From: a virus
Lineage: Duplodnaviria; Caudoviricetes
Virus record (IMG/VR): IMGVR_UViG_3300045996_001806
Span: 1 to 60,429 of that record
DNA: 60,429 nt
Direction: 5' to 3' (one strand)
Part shown: positions 35,804 through 45,559 of the stretch, piece after piece
Layout: every line of letters begins with the position of its first letter
Numbering within the stretch: position 1 is the first letter of the stretch
Position numbers and translations under genes: made by a program
Notes under the pieces: model-generated
The model's database searches: none
Told to the model about the DNA's origin: nothing
Seen by the model: only the letters and a program-made list of their open reading frames with translations

Positions 35804-36820
35804 ATGCTCCGTTTCGTCGACTCCGCCGACCACTACTCCTCGCTCGCGGACAAATACAACTCGTCGCAGAACGCAACGGTCGAGGCGCGCGGTCGCACGG
35901 GTCCGAACGCGCTCAACCTCAATCAGTGGGGGTCGGCGTCGACCATCAACAAGATCCTCGATCTTCAACCGACGTGGATCGTCGGGATTGCGTTCCGGAC
36001 GAATATCACGAGCAGCAACACGGCGACGCTTTTCAGGTTCACAGAGAACGCCGTCACAACTCACGTCTCACTCGACCTCACGACCGCTATGAAGCTGCGG
36101 CTCGTGCGCGGCGGCGTCCAACTCGGCTCCGACAGCGCGGTCACGATTGCGCTCAACACGTGGTACTACGTCGAGGTCAAGGTCACGATTCACGACTCCG
36201 CCGGCGTCGCCGGACTCAAGATAAACGGCGTCGATCAAGTCAACCTCACCGGCCAGGACACTCAGAATGGCGGGAGTGCGCAAGCCGACCTCATCACGTT
36301 TGGTGGGGCAGGTACCTCGGCGTTCGGGAATATCGACATCGACGACATCTATATGTGCGACGGCACCGGGTCGTCGCCAACGAACGACTATCTCGGAGAC
36401 GTTCGCGTCGACGCGCTCGACCCGAACGGGAACGGGAACTCCTCGCAATTCACCGGATCGGACGGTAACTCGGTCGACAACTACGCGCTCGTGGACGAGT
36501 CTCCTCCGAACGGCGACACGGACTACGTTGAGTCAGCGACCGTGGGAAACAAGGACACGTATGCATACGAGAATCATCCGCTCTCCGCGGGAACCGTCTA
36601 CGGCGTTCAGGTCAACGTGAACGCGCGCAAGACCGACGCCGGCACGAGGAAGATCGTTAGCGTCGCGAGGCTCTCTGGGACGGAGGTCGACTCCGCCGAG
36701 CATTCGCTCTCGAGCACGTATCAGTATTTCCGGGATATTCGCGAGACAAAGCCCGGAGGCGGGAGTTGGTCCATCGCGGACATCAACGGAGCGGAGTTCG
36801 GACAGAAAGTGAGTGCATAG
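35804..36820 (+). CDS. Virion protein with ConA/LamG-like domain
   Basis: LNTWYYVEVK, IDDIY.CD, YLGDVRV..L.P. Confidence 0.75.
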   Translation: MLRFVDSADHYSSLADKYNSSQNATVEARGRTGPNALNLNQWGSASTINKILDLQPTWIVGIAFRTNITSSNTATLFRFTENAVTTHVSLDLTTAMKLRLVRGGVQLGSDSAVTIALNTWYYVEVKVTIHDSAGVAGLKINGVDQVNLTGQDTQNGGSAQADLITFGGAGTSAFGNIDIDDIYMCDGTGSSPTNDYLGDVRVDALDPNGNGNSSQFTGSDGNSVDNYALVDESPPNGDTDYVESATVGNKDTYAYENHPLSAGTVYGVQVNVNARKTDAGTRKIVSVARLSGTEVDSAEHSLSSTYQYFRDIRETKPGGGSWSIADINGAEFGQKVSA

Positions 36821-37405
36821 ATGGCGGATCTCAAGATCAGCGAGCTCGGCGCCGTCACTGACGTTCAGGACACGGACGAGTTCGTTCTAGCGCGAGCCGG
36901 CACGACGAAGAAGATCGACGGGGTAGACCTCCGGGCGGAAATGGGGGGAGGCGGCGGCCTGTTCGACGCATACGCGAAGCTCTCCGATCAGAAGACGACC
37001 GGGACAGGAGGAGGCTCCGCATCGGCGACTACCTGGAACGTCCGTACGTTGCAAACGGAGGACTCGGACGCCGATGGCATCGTCTCGCTCTCCTCGAATC
37101 AGTTCACCCTCCAGGCTGGGCGCTACCGCGTGTTCTGCCAAGCACCTGCGCACAACGTGGCCCAGCACAAGCTCCGCCTGCGCAACGTGACGGACAGCAC
37201 CACGGTGCTCAACGGCATCTCGCTCTACAACACAGGGGTGTCCAACATCGCGACCTGCGTCGGGGAATTCACGATCGCGTCAGCGAAGGCCTTCGAGCTG
37301 CAGCACTACACCGCGGGCGCGCAGGCGGGGAATGGACTCGGGACGGAGGTGGGCGGCGGCGAGGTGGAGGTCTACGCCGTTGTCGAGATCTGGAGGTTCG
37401 CGTGA
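36821..37405 (+). CDS. Tail fibre-like protein
   Basis: MADLKISEL...TTKK N-terminal module, C1q-like beta C-terminus. Confidence 0.7.
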   Translation: MADLKISELGAVTDVQDTDEFVLARAGTTKKIDGVDLRAEMGGGGGLFDAYAKLSDQKTTGTGGGSASATTWNVRTLQTEDSDADGIVSLSSNQFTLQAGRYRVFCQAPAHNVAQHKLRLRNVTDSTTVLNGISLYNTGVSNIATCVGEFTIASAKAFELQHYTAGAQAGNGLGTEVGGGEVEVYAVVEIWRFA

Positions 37406-37446
37406 GCGCACCTACCCTCCCCGGTCTTTCGTAGGGCGGTAGCCCG

Positions 37447-37896
37447 TTGCCCGACTACCTCGTCCAAGAGGAGGACGGCTCATCGCGTCTCACGCTTGAG
37501 GAGGGCGGAGGGTCCCTCCTCCTCGAAGAGTCCGGGACCGAAGTCGCGTCCATCGGCGGGGCGACGGCCGGTGGGTTCTCACCACGAGCGGTGGCAACCT
37601 CTGGCGTCACCGGCGCAACTGCCGGCGGCCCGAGCCCGAAGGCGGTCGTTCCGGTATCCCCGGGCGGTGCAACTGCCGATGGCTTTGAGCCGAATGACTC
37701 ACTCGACCCCCCGGCGCGAATCACTCAGAACGTCGTTGAGGTCGTCGCTCTCCCGACTACCCAGGCGGCTCGTGTAACTCAGAACGTCGTCGAGGTCATC
37801 CTGCTACCGGAAGGTCCGGCTCGTGTAACTCAGAACGTCGTCGAGGTAATCATCCGCAAGACGTATGAGGACGTGTTCCTCGCGGTGATCGACTGA
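37447..37896 (+). CDS. Virion-associated repeat protein
   Basis: L.LEE motif, GGATAGG repeats, three AR(I/V)TQNVVEV. Confidence 0.7.
   Translation: MPDYLVQEEDGSSRLTLEEGGGSLLLEESGTEVASIGGATAGGFSPRAVATSGVTGATAGGPSPKAVVPVSPGGATADGFEPNDSLDPPARITQNVVEVVALPTTQAARVTQNVVEVILLPEGPARVTQNVVEVIIRKTYEDVFLAVID
37766..37847 (+). repeat. Exact 31-bp direct repeat within CDS
   Basis: CGGCTCGTGTAACTCAGAACGTCGTCGAGGT at 37766 and 37817; degenerate third copy near 37713. Confidence 0.85.
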
Positions 37897-37897
37897 T

Positions 37898-38575
37898 ATG
37901 GCAGATATCCGACAGTCGCCTCTCCTCGACGACTTCAACCGGCCGGACGAGGACCCGCTCTCGTTCGACGGCCGGTGGACGAATCACGAGACCCTCGGAG
38001 GCGTTATGAGGCTGGAGAGTGGCCGCGCCGAAGTTCATGCCGTCACCGGCGGATCGGTCGTCTCGTCGCTCTGGACGGGACAACGGCGCGAGGCGTTCTT
38101 TACCGGCGACCAAGAAGTGTGGGGTCACGTCACTGGTAGCCATGACATTACGGAGGGGATTCGGATGTTCCTGTGCGTTCAGCGACCGGGGGCAACGGGG
38201 ATCGGACGGGGATACAACGGATACCTTGCGCGTTGGATCGACCCGATCGGTTCACCGGCATGGGAGCTACTGCGTGTTGACGAGTCCTCACTCTCATCGC
38301 TCGACAGTCTTCTTACGTCGTTCCCAACCGCCGATGGCTGGGTGCTCATGCGACGCAACGGTGACGATGTAGAGGTCTGGACGGCGAACGGCACCGGTGG
38401 GGCAACGTCGCCGCCTGGAGACCCCTGGACCCTGGTGCTGAGCGCAACCGACACCACGTACCGGTTCGGCTATGGCGGCATCGGAACCTCGCAAGACGAC
38501 GATAACCCGGCGTGGGACGCATTCGGAGGCGGCGAGCTCCGCCGCACCCAGATCTACCGCTACGTGAGCAACTGA
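37898..38575 (+). CDS. Virion lectin-like beta-sandwich protein
   Basis: LLDDFNR.D, TDTTY..GY.GI, D.FGGG. Confidence 0.7.
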   Translation: MADIRQSPLLDDFNRPDEDPLSFDGRWTNHETLGGVMRLESGRAEVHAVTGGSVVSSLWTGQRREAFFTGDQEVWGHVTGSHDITEGIRMFLCVQRPGATGIGRGYNGYLARWIDPIGSPAWELLRVDESSLSSLDSLLTSFPTADGWVLMRRNGDDVEVWTANGTGGATSPPGDPWTLVLSATDTTYRFGYGGIGTSQDDDNPAWDAFGGGELRRTQIYRYVSN

Positions 38576-38637
38576 GTTGGCCGAACTGCTGCCTATGCTC
38601 TGCAAAGCGACACTGCGGCAGATGGGAGGAGCGTGAG

Positions 38638-38859
38638 TTGGAGAGCGGTTCAGATCCACTGCTTCAGTGGCTTTCAAGCGCCGGCTCGCTCGGGATCCTC
38701 GCGGCCGCGTGTGTCGCTTTCCTGCGCGGGTGGATCGTCTCGGGCGCCGCACACATGCGCGTCATCGCCGAGCGCGACCGGGCGATGGATCTCGTCTACA
38801 AGCAGGCCGAGATCGCTCAGAAGGCGCTCGAGGCGGCAGAACAGAGGCGGCAGAAGTGA
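38638..38859 (+). CDS. Membrane protein (lysis cassette, holin-like)
   Basis: SD GGAGGA, TTG start, one TM then G.IV...H and coiled coil. Confidence 0.65.
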   Translation: MESGSDPLLQWLSSAGSLGILAAACVAFLRGWIVSGAAHMRVIAERDRAMDLVYKQAEIAQKALEAAEQRRQK

Positions 38860-39026
38860 GGTTCTTCGGACGGCGGAAGCGCGCTGAGTCGATGGAGCAC
38901 CAGGAGGTCGTGAGGACGTTGCACGCCCACGAGAAGAAGCTGGCCGCTCACGAGAAGCGGCTGCAGCGCATCGAGCACTTGCGCCGCGAAGCCGACCTGC
39001 ACCGGCCCTCGAACGGGATGGCCTGA
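38856..39026 (+). CDS. Hypothetical coiled-coil protein
   Basis: Coupled at both ends. Confidence 0.6.
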   Translation: MRFFGRRKRAESMEHQEVVRTLHAHEKKLAAHEKRLQRIEHLRREADLHRPSNGMA

Positions 39027-39445
39027 TGCTCGCCTTCCATCAGGTGTACGAGATTCCGTCCTGGGGCAGTTGGACGCTTATTGAGATCATCTGGCTCGCG
39101 ACAGGCCTCATCGCTCTGATGTTTTCGCTCGCACGCATCCGCTCTCTCGTCTGGGACTATCAGGATGCCGTCGCCGTCGGCGAGGACGACCTTCGCCTGA
39201 TCGCGCGGGCGCACCTACGACGCGAGGTAATCCGCATCGCGCAAGGTGTGGCGATCGTCGGCATCGGTCTTTACGTCGGGTTGCAGGAGCAGATGGTCCC
39301 GGGACCGGCCAGAGTGACAACGGGAGGCCTCGTCCTAACCGCTGGGCTGATCTGGATTGCAGCCGGCATCGCGCTGCAGAGTGCGCTCGACTGGCGGGCA
39401 CGCAGCCAGGTGATCGACATACTCCGGAGCTCGCGCCATGCTTGA
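39026..39445 (+). CDS. Three-TM membrane protein
   Basis: Three hydrophobic helices. Confidence 0.7.
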   Translation: MLAFHQVYEIPSWGSWTLIEIIWLATGLIALMFSLARIRSLVWDYQDAVAVGEDDLRLIARAHLRREVIRIAQGVAIVGIGLYVGLQEQMVPGPARVTTGGLVLTAGLIWIAAGIALQSALDWRARSQVIDILRSSRHA

Positions 39446-40193
39446 CCCGAACCCGGAGGGCAAGCGCAGGCGTAGGACGAACGTTGTCACGATCGTCATC
39501 GTCGCGCTGTGGCTGATCGTTGCCGCCCTGCTGGGGTTGTCCGCCTGTCGCCAGCTCCAGACGGAGGGCGACGTCAACACGATCGAGCGGATCATCGAGA
39601 CCGGCGTGTGCGCGGGCCTCGATCGCGAGGTGTGCATCGAGCAACTCGAGACACGCTTCGCCGACCTCATCGAGAAGGGCGAGCAGGGTGAGGTCGGAGT
39701 CCGAGGCCCCGTTGGCCCACCTGGACCACCTGGCCCTGCGGGTCCAAAGGGCGAACCAGGCGATCCCGGTGGCCCGCGAGGAGCTACCGGCCCAGCCGGC
39801 CCGCGTGGGCCACGAGGATTGCGAGGTCTCCGCGGCTTCGGTGGCGCTGTCGGACCAGCCGGTCAGCCCGGCTCAGCAGGACCCGTCGGCCCCGCAGGAG
39901 CACCAGGCGCGCGCGGTCCTGGCGGTCCCGCGGGACCTGCCGGTCCACCCGGCGAAGGACGCCCTGGTCCTCCGGGGCCTCCGGGGCCAGGTGGACCTCC
40001 TGGACCCCCCGGGGGTGGAGGGCCGCCCGGGCCGCCTGGAGGTGGAGGGCCGCCCGGAGGGGGAGGCCCGCCCGGACCCCCAGGACCCCCAGGCCCTCCG
40101 GGTCCACCGGGACAATCCATACCACCCGAGTTGATGCAAGCCATCGTCGACTACTTCTGCGCGAACATACTTCCGCCCGGCTTCTGTAAATGA
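39438..40193 (+). CDS. Membrane-anchored collagen-like protein
   Basis: Basic N-terminus, TM helix, long Gly-X-Y tract, C-terminal YFC......FC. Confidence 0.85.
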   Translation: MLDPNPEGKRRRRTNVVTIVIVALWLIVAALLGLSACRQLQTEGDVNTIERIIETGVCAGLDREVCIEQLETRFADLIEKGEQGEVGVRGPVGPPGPPGPAGPKGEPGDPGGPRGATGPAGPRGPRGLRGLRGFGGAVGPAGQPGSAGPVGPAGAPGARGPGGPAGPAGPPGEGRPGPPGPPGPGGPPGPPGGGGPPGPPGGGGPPGGGGPPGPPGPPGPPGPPGQSIPPELMQAIVDYFCANILPPGFCK

Positions 40194-40203
40194 GGAGGAT
40201 CCG

Positions 40204-40680
40204 ATGACTGACGCTGAACGAGCAAAGCGCGCAAAGCAACTTGCGCACGAGGCGCTCTTTCCCTATCGGCTTCGGCCGAACTCGCCTCGCTGGAACGAGT
40301 TTGACCGACTCATGGACGAGATCATCGTCGGCCAGCCTGATCCACCACCTCCGCCACCACCTCCGCCACCACCTCCGCCTCCGCCTCCGCCCCTGAAGTA
40401 CGCGCCGCGCTCGTACAACACGAGCTCGAGCGGCGATGCACGCTTCTGCATGAGTTCTCAGTACGGCGTCGTTCCTCATGGCGCTGGGTTTCGCGACGCG
40501 ATGGGCGTGACCTACGACATCGACGGCCGGGACCTTGGCGGCAGGACGAAGACGATCGTGCCTCAGTTGAAGCCATCGAACGAGATGGACGGCCGCGATC
40601 CGTGCGATCAGTACGTCGGGCCGACCGGAGCTACGATCGGCGGATCCGCTGGCTATCCCGCCCAGAGCTTCGAGCGCTGA
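40204..40680 (+). CDS. Hypothetical protein with polyproline tract
   Basis: SD GAGGAGG; uninterrupted proline run. Confidence 0.7.
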   Translation: MTDAERAKRAKQLAHEALFPYRLRPNSPRWNEFDRLMDEIIVGQPDPPPPPPPPPPPPPPPPPLKYAPRSYNTSSSGDARFCMSSQYGVVPHGAGFRDAMGVTYDIDGRDLGGRTKTIVPQLKPSNEMDGRDPCDQYVGPTGATIGGSAGYPAQSFER

Positions 40681-40684
40681 GCTG

Positions 40685-41473
40685 ATGGCACTCACGCTCT
40701 CTCAGTTCCCGTACACAGGCCCGCTCTACGGCCCCTCGCATCCAGAGGGGCCAACGCTGAACCGCAGTTCGGTGAAGGGGATCAAGCGGGCGATGATTCG
40801 CCTGCGCTACCTCGACACGGATCTCGGCGACGAGACGGACGACTTCGGCGGCGAGCTCGAGCGCGCGCTCAAGGTCTACCAGCGCGAGGTCGGCCTCTCA
40901 GGCACCGGCCAGTACGGCCGTGGAACGTGGACCGCGCTTCGCTACGAGAAGCTCACCGCGGGGCCGAACAAGGGCCAGTACGCAGTCGACGCGCTCGCCC
41001 GGGAGTACGTCCAGCAGGACGCGCTGCGCAAGTGCCATCCGCACGAGGCCGGCGTCGACTCGAGCATCTGCCAGGGTCTGCATCAGACCTCCGGCCTGCT
41101 CGGCAACTGGGCGATCGACTTCTGCGCCGATGGCGGGACGAAGGTCGTCGCTGTCGAGGCGGCGAAGATCACGAAGCTCTCGGGCCGCGACCCAGCGCTC
41201 GGCGAGCTTCCGAACTCGCCCGGCATCTTCGGCTGGTCGATCCACTACGAGACGCCTTCCGGGTACCGCTACTTCTCGACGCACTACGGCTGGCGGGCCA
41301 ACCTGGCGATCGGCACGGCTGTCGACTGCGGCCAGGTGCTCGGGACGGTAGGCGACTGGCCGAACGATCCTCCGCGATCGCATACGCACCTCGGCGTCAC
41401 CTCGCCGCTCGGTACGGCGGACGCGAAGAAGAGGATCACCGAGATCTCGAAGGCCCCGCGCGTCGTCGTCTAG
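40685..41473 (+). CDS. Endolysin: peptidoglycan-binding domain + M23 peptidase
   Basis: FG.....ALKVYQR..GL..TG..G..TW; H...AIDF, STH, HTH. Confidence 0.85.
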   Translation: MALTLSQFPYTGPLYGPSHPEGPTLNRSSVKGIKRAMIRLRYLDTDLGDETDDFGGELERALKVYQREVGLSGTGQYGRGTWTALRYEKLTAGPNKGQYAVDALAREYVQQDALRKCHPHEAGVDSSICQGLHQTSGLLGNWAIDFCADGGTKVVAVEAAKITKLSGRDPALGELPNSPGIFGWSIHYETPSGYRYFSTHYGWRANLAIGTAVDCGQVLGTVGDWPNDPPRSHTHLGVTSPLGTADAKKRITEISKAPRVVV

Positions 41474-41541
41474 CCGCGAAATCCTCCGTCCCGCGGGTCG
41501 GGCATCCTGGGTGGCACTTCCCATCGCCGCCGGATCTCACT

Positions 41542-41766
41542 GTGTCGACTCGCCGACCCGACACTTCGCCAAGCCCAGAGCTCGTTCGCCTCGTCCAGGA
41601 GGTCTACCCGCTCGTGGCTGGACGGCATCGGTCGCGCGTGGCTTCACTCGCCCTCGCGCACGGACTGCTGACGCTCTACGCGCAGCGCATGGGCCATCAC
41701 GACGAGGACTGGCCGGACATGGCGCTGCGCGTGATGCTCGAGTATGAGCGCGAAGGCACCCCTTGA
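41542..41766 (+). CDS. Hypothetical protein
   Basis: GTG start, TTGA coupling to next gene. Confidence 0.55.
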   Translation: MSTRRPDTSPSPELVRLVQEVYPLVAGRHRSRVASLALAHGLLTLYAQRMGHHDEDWPDMALRVMLEYEREGTP

Positions 41767-42005
41767 CGAGCAACAACCTCCCGACCTGGCTGCTGGAAGT
41801 CAAGGTCGAGGGGATTGCGCTGAGCCGACGGGAGCGGCAGGTTCTGCGACTGCTCGCCCGTGGACTAACGATGGAAGAGGCGGCTGCGGAGCTGGGTATA
41901 GCTCGCGAGACGGTCAGGACGCAGGCCCGCTATGCACGGGCGAAGCTCCGAGCGCGGAACATCACACACGCGGTCGCGATCGCGATCTCTCTCGATCTCA
42001 TCTAA
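41763..42005 (+). CDS. LuxR/GerE-type HTH regulator
   Basis: LSRRERQVLRLLARGLT.EEAA.ELGI..ETVR......KL.A.N..HAVAIA. Confidence 0.9.
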   Translation: MTSNNLPTWLLEVKVEGIALSRRERQVLRLLARGLTMEEAAAELGIARETVRTQARYARAKLRARNITHAVAIAISLDLI

Positions 42006-42056
42006 TCGTCCGACTCCGCGGCCAGTATCCAGGGGCTAGCTAGCGAAGGAGGGTCC

Positions 42057-42356
42057 TTGTCGGACTTCGAGATGTGGAGCCTGATCGTGGGCTTCGTGCT
42101 GCCGCCCGCTCTGGCGGTCATCCAGCAGAGCGGCTGGTCACAGCAGTTGAGGGCGATGGTGGCGTTTGTGGCTTGCGCTATCGCCGGAGCCGGCGTTGCC
42201 TACTTCCAGGGAGATCTCAATCTCGAGCGCTGGGTGGAGGCAGCACTCGTGGTGCTCGTGACCGCGGTCGCCACCTATCGCAACTTCTGGAAGCCCACCC
42301 AGATCGCGCCGGCGATCGAGTCGAAGACGAACCTTGGCGGGGACGGAGGAACGTAG
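42057..42356 (+). CDS. Holin
   Basis: SD AAGGAGG; three TM segments, WS...RA, Y..FWKP. Confidence 0.8.
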   Translation: MSDFEMWSLIVGFVLPPALAVIQQSGWSQQLRAMVAFVACAIAGAGVAYFQGDLNLERWVEAALVVLVTAVATYRNFWKPTQIAPAIESKTNLGGDGGT

Positions 42357-42400
42357 TACGATCGACGAACCCAGATCCTCCCCAGTACGTACCGCAGTGA

Positions 42401-42437
42401 GAAACGGCCCCACCCCCTCGGGGCCGTTTCCCTTTCC
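42401..42437 (+). terminator. Intrinsic terminator ending the late operon
   Basis: GAAACGGCCCC/GGGGCCGTTTC inverted repeat then CCTTTCC. Confidence 0.8.
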
Positions 42438-42440
42438 AGC

Positions 42441-42472
42441 TTGACACAGACCAGTACGGGTGTAACATCCGT
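42441..42472 (+). promoter_or_regulatory. Leaderless promoter with overlapping operator
   Basis: TTGACA-N16-TAACAT, ATG 7 nt downstream; near-palindrome ACGGGTGT-A-ACATCCGT. Confidence 0.7.
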
Positions 42473-42475
42473 TCC

Positions 42476-42649
42476 ATGAGTACGAATGAACAGCAGGTAC
42501 CGATCATGCTCCGGGCTCGGCTGACCGAGACGGAGTGGGCCGAGATCCGCAAGCTGGCCATCGACGAGAAGGAGCACAACGCGGATCTCGTGGCCGATCT
42601 CATTCGCAGGGGCTTGGCCGCACGTAAGGCCGAAGCAGCCGCTGCCTGA
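42476..42649 (+). CDS. Ribbon-helix-helix DNA-binding protein (57 aa)
   Basis: MLRARLTETEWAEIRKLAIDE....ADLVADLIRRGL; below ORF-track cutoff. Confidence 0.75.
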   Translation: MSTNEQQVPIMLRARLTETEWAEIRKLAIDEKEHNADLVADLIRRGLAARKAEAAAA

Positions 42650-42664
42650 CCGAAAGGGACCCAG

Positions 42665-43009
42665 ATGACGACTGGACTTCTCCTCACGTACCCCTTCTCC
42701 GACCGCGACGGCAAGGCCGCCGACATGGAAGAGGCCTGGGCGATCTGGCACGAGCGCGCTCTGCGCGAGCTGCGGTTCCGCGCGAGCCTCGACCAGGACG
42801 ACATGCTCGAGCTTCGGGAGGTCACGCTCACCGAGCGGGTGGCTGCACGAGATGCTGGCGATGTCTGCCACGTCTGCGGGGAACTCGTGACCTGGGTCGA
42901 CCACCTGCCCCCGCGTGATCCCTTCGGCGCCGTGCGCTGCTTCAAGAACGTGCGCACGCTGCAGCCGACGCAGATCGAAGTCATCGACATCCTCGGGAGG
43001 CAGGTCTGA
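42665..43009 (+). CDS. Hypothetical protein (CxxC)
   Basis: SD GAAAGGG. Confidence 0.7.
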   Translation: MTTGLLLTYPFSDRDGKAADMEEAWAIWHERALRELRFRASLDQDDMLELREVTLTERVAARDAGDVCHVCGELVTWVDHLPPRDPFGAVRCFKNVRTLQPTQIEVIDILGRQV

Positions 43010-44154
43010 TGAGCCAGGCACCAGCAGTCCGCGAGATGCCGGATCAGGCTGCTCCGGCGCTCCGTACCGAGAACACGCTCTCCAACGAGCAGATCCGCTA
43101 CATCGCGAACACGGAGATCGTGCCGAAGCACCTGCGCGGCAAGCCCGACGCGATGATCGCGGTCATCCTCAAGGGCCGCGCGCTCGGCCTCGACGACATC
43201 CATTCGCTGACGGCCGTCAACTTCATCGAGGGCAAGCCGACGCTCGCCGCCGAGACGATGGTCACGCTCGTGCGCCGACGCGGCCACTCGATCATGTGGG
43301 ACGCGAAGACCGGCGAGTCGTGCACGGTGACTGGCAAGCGCTCCGACACCGGGGACGAGGGTTCCGTCACGTGGACGATGAAGATGGCCAAGGACGCGGG
43401 CCTGATCGGCAAGGACAACTGGCGCCGCTACCCCGACACAATGCTCTTCTGGCGTGCGGTGTCGCAGCTTTGCCGGATGCTCTTCGCCGACGTCCTCATG
43501 GGCGCCTCGTACACCGAGGACGAGGCCCAGGAGGCAGCCGAGCGCGGCCGCGTCACTGAGGCGGTCTCCGGGCTTCCCGCGGTCGAGGAAGCGCACATCC
43601 GCCAGGAGCCGGTCGCCGGCCCCAGCGAGGCGCAGCTCAACCGCCTTGCTCGGCTCGAGGAGCGCTCGGGCGATGCCTACAAGGTCGTGCTGCGCGGCGT
43701 GTTCGGGGTCGAGATGTCCTCGCAACTCGACGCGAGCGCGGCAACCCAGTACGAGGCGATGCTGACGCAGGCATTGCCTCCAGAGGACTCGGCAGAGGGT
43801 CCACACGAGGGCACGCCCTCGGACGAGGACGAGCGTGGAGGCTCCTCACCTGACGGCGATGAGAAGAGCGACTCGTCCCCCTCTGCCGAGCTACCCGACG
43901 AACCCGCGCCGGAGGTCGACGAGGTGGTCAACGGCGAGATCGTCGAAGAGACGGACGAGCGCCTCATCGAGATCGCTGGCGAGACCGAGATCCCGATCGG
44001 CAGCTACCGCGGCAAGACGCTCGCCGAGATCCACGACGGCTGGATCAAGTACGGCCTCGAGAACACCGGGAAGCTCCCGGATGCGTTCGTCGAGGCCCTC
44101 GAGCTTTGGGCGCGCGAGCGCAAGCCCGAGATCTGGCAGCAGGTGCGCGGATGA
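43009..44154 (+). CDS. RecT-like single-strand annealing protein
   Basis: IVPKHLRGKP, G..LGL, I.GKP, A..AGL..K.NW..YP..ML..RA, F.DVL.G..Y..DE. Confidence 0.85.
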   Translation: MSQAPAVREMPDQAAPALRTENTLSNEQIRYIANTEIVPKHLRGKPDAMIAVILKGRALGLDDIHSLTAVNFIEGKPTLAAETMVTLVRRRGHSIMWDAKTGESCTVTGKRSDTGDEGSVTWTMKMAKDAGLIGKDNWRRYPDTMLFWRAVSQLCRMLFADVLMGASYTEDEAQEAAERGRVTEAVSGLPAVEEAHIRQEPVAGPSEAQLNRLARLEERSGDAYKVVLRGVFGVEMSSQLDASAATQYEAMLTQALPPEDSAEGPHEGTPSDEDERGGSSPDGDEKSDSSPSAELPDEPAPEVDEVVNGEIVEETDERLIEIAGETEIPIGSYRGKTLAEIHDGWIKYGLENTGKLPDAFVEALELWARERKPEIWQQVRG

Positions 44155-44567
44155 GCACCTACCGGAAGAAGCCGGTCAAGGTCGAGGCGGTCCAGCTTCG
44201 CGGCGGTTACACCCAGGAGATCAAGGACTTCATGGGCGAGCACCCGCATGAATGGGACGGCGCGGTGGGCCTGAAGATCCCGACGCTCGAGGGCGTCATG
44301 GTCGCCTCGCAGTACGACTGGATCATCCGCGGTGTGGAGGGAGAACTCTACCCCTGCAAGCCCGGCATCTTCGGAGCGACCTACGAGGAGGTCCTCGAGT
44401 TCGACGCCGAAGAGCAGACGGCCGAGTGCGAGCCGCACCTCGGGTGCGCGACGACGGCGCAGATGCTCCACGAGTTGACTGTGCGCGCGGAGATCGGCGG
44501 CTACGCCAACTACCGCACCGTGGATGGTCACGACGCACTCGAGAAGCCGGTCGACCTGCAGCCATGA
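44151..44567 (+). CDS. Conserved phage protein (YRKKPV family)
   Basis: YRKKPV.VEAVQ, IPTLEG.M.A...DWIIRGV.GE.YPCKP.IF..TYE. Confidence 0.8.
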   Translation: MSTYRKKPVKVEAVQLRGGYTQEIKDFMGEHPHEWDGAVGLKIPTLEGVMVASQYDWIIRGVEGELYPCKPGIFGATYEEVLEFDAEEQTAECEPHLGCATTAQMLHELTVRAEIGGYANYRTVDGHDALEKPVDLQP

Positions 44568-45559
44568 GCGACACCGCCGAACGTCTCCGAGGCGCGACGC
44601 GCTGGTCGATGGCGTCGCGCTGCGCCCGGCAGGCGAGCTACGGCCTGCTCGGCGTCGAGCCGACTCCGCCGACTGCCCGGGAGTCCGGGCGCATGGCTCG
44701 AGGTCGCGACGCTGGTCAGTATTTCGCTCGCCAGATGGCCGCGAAGCACGGCGCCGAGAACGTCATCCCCGAGATGGGGATCCCGTGGCCCGCGCCTCCG
44801 GCCCTGCCCATCGGCGAGCTTCACATCGACGTCGGCCTCATCAAGGACCGGATCGCGATCGAAGCGAAGAACTCGATCTACGTCGACTCCATGTACGACT
44901 CGGCGGTCATCCAGCTCGCCGGCGCGCTGCACTTCGGGCGCGAGCACTTCGACTCCGGTCTCGTCGTCTTCCTCGACCGCGACTACCAGATCACGCACGA
45001 GTTCCCGGTCTTCCTGACGGACGAGCTCGTCGAGAGCGTCGAGACGATCGCCGCGGCCGTGATCGAGGCCGGGAAGAACGGCACGATCCCCGAGCGCGTC
45101 TGCAGCACTCCCGCGGATGGCAAGGGACGCTTCTGCCCGTTCATCGAGCACTGCTTCGAGGGCTGGGTGCCGCCGGATCCCGATGAGCGCGCCGACCTCT
45201 CGCAACTCGCGTCCGAGGGCTGGCTGATCCAGCGCGATCTGAAGGCCGCGCGCGGCAGCGAGAAGGAGTTGCAAGAGCGCTGGGACGAGTGGAAGGAGCG
45301 CATGGCGGCCGCGACCGAGGGGACGCCGCCCGGCGTCGAACTCCTGGCTGGCCCGGTGAAGATCAAGCGCATCGACGTCAAGGGCCGCGAGACCTTCTCG
45401 CTGGCCAAGGCGCGCACCGCTGGCGTCTGGGGTCCCGGCGACGAAGAGCGCTTCGGCCCCTTCACGAAGATCGGCGAGCCGTCTGTGCGCTTCGACCTCA
45501 TGCGCACCGAAGCGGGCGGAGATCTCGACATCGACTACGGCGAGGAGGCTCCGTTCTGA
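44564..45559 (+). CDS. Cas4-like PD-(D/E)XK exonuclease
   Basis: S.ASRC.R, HID...EAK, QL, C...FCPF..HC. Confidence 0.8.
   Translation: MSDTAERLRGATRWSMASRCARQASYGLLGVEPTPPTARESGRMARGRDAGQYFARQMAAKHGAENVIPEMGIPWPAPPALPIGELHIDVGLIKDRIAIEAKNSIYVDSMYDSAVIQLAGALHFGREHFDSGLVVFLDRDYQITHEFPVFLTDELVESVETIAAAVIEAGKNGTIPERVCSTPADGKGRFCPFIEHCFEGWVPPDPDERADLSQLASEGWLIQRDLKAARGSEKELQERWDEWKERMAAATEGTPPGVELLAGPVKIKRIDVKGRETFSLAKARTAGVWGPGDEERFGPFTKIGEPSVRFDLMRTEAGGDLDIDYGEEAPF

Noticed and set aside
25440-37847. Direct repeats as CRISPR array or diversity-generating retroelement
   Set aside because: Repeats are in-frame coding duplications with at most three copies; there is no reverse transcriptase or adenine-specific variation.
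44564-45559. Cas4 as part of a CRISPR-Cas system
   Set aside because: It lies beside a RecT-like gene with no cas genes or array, which fits a phage recombination exonuclease.
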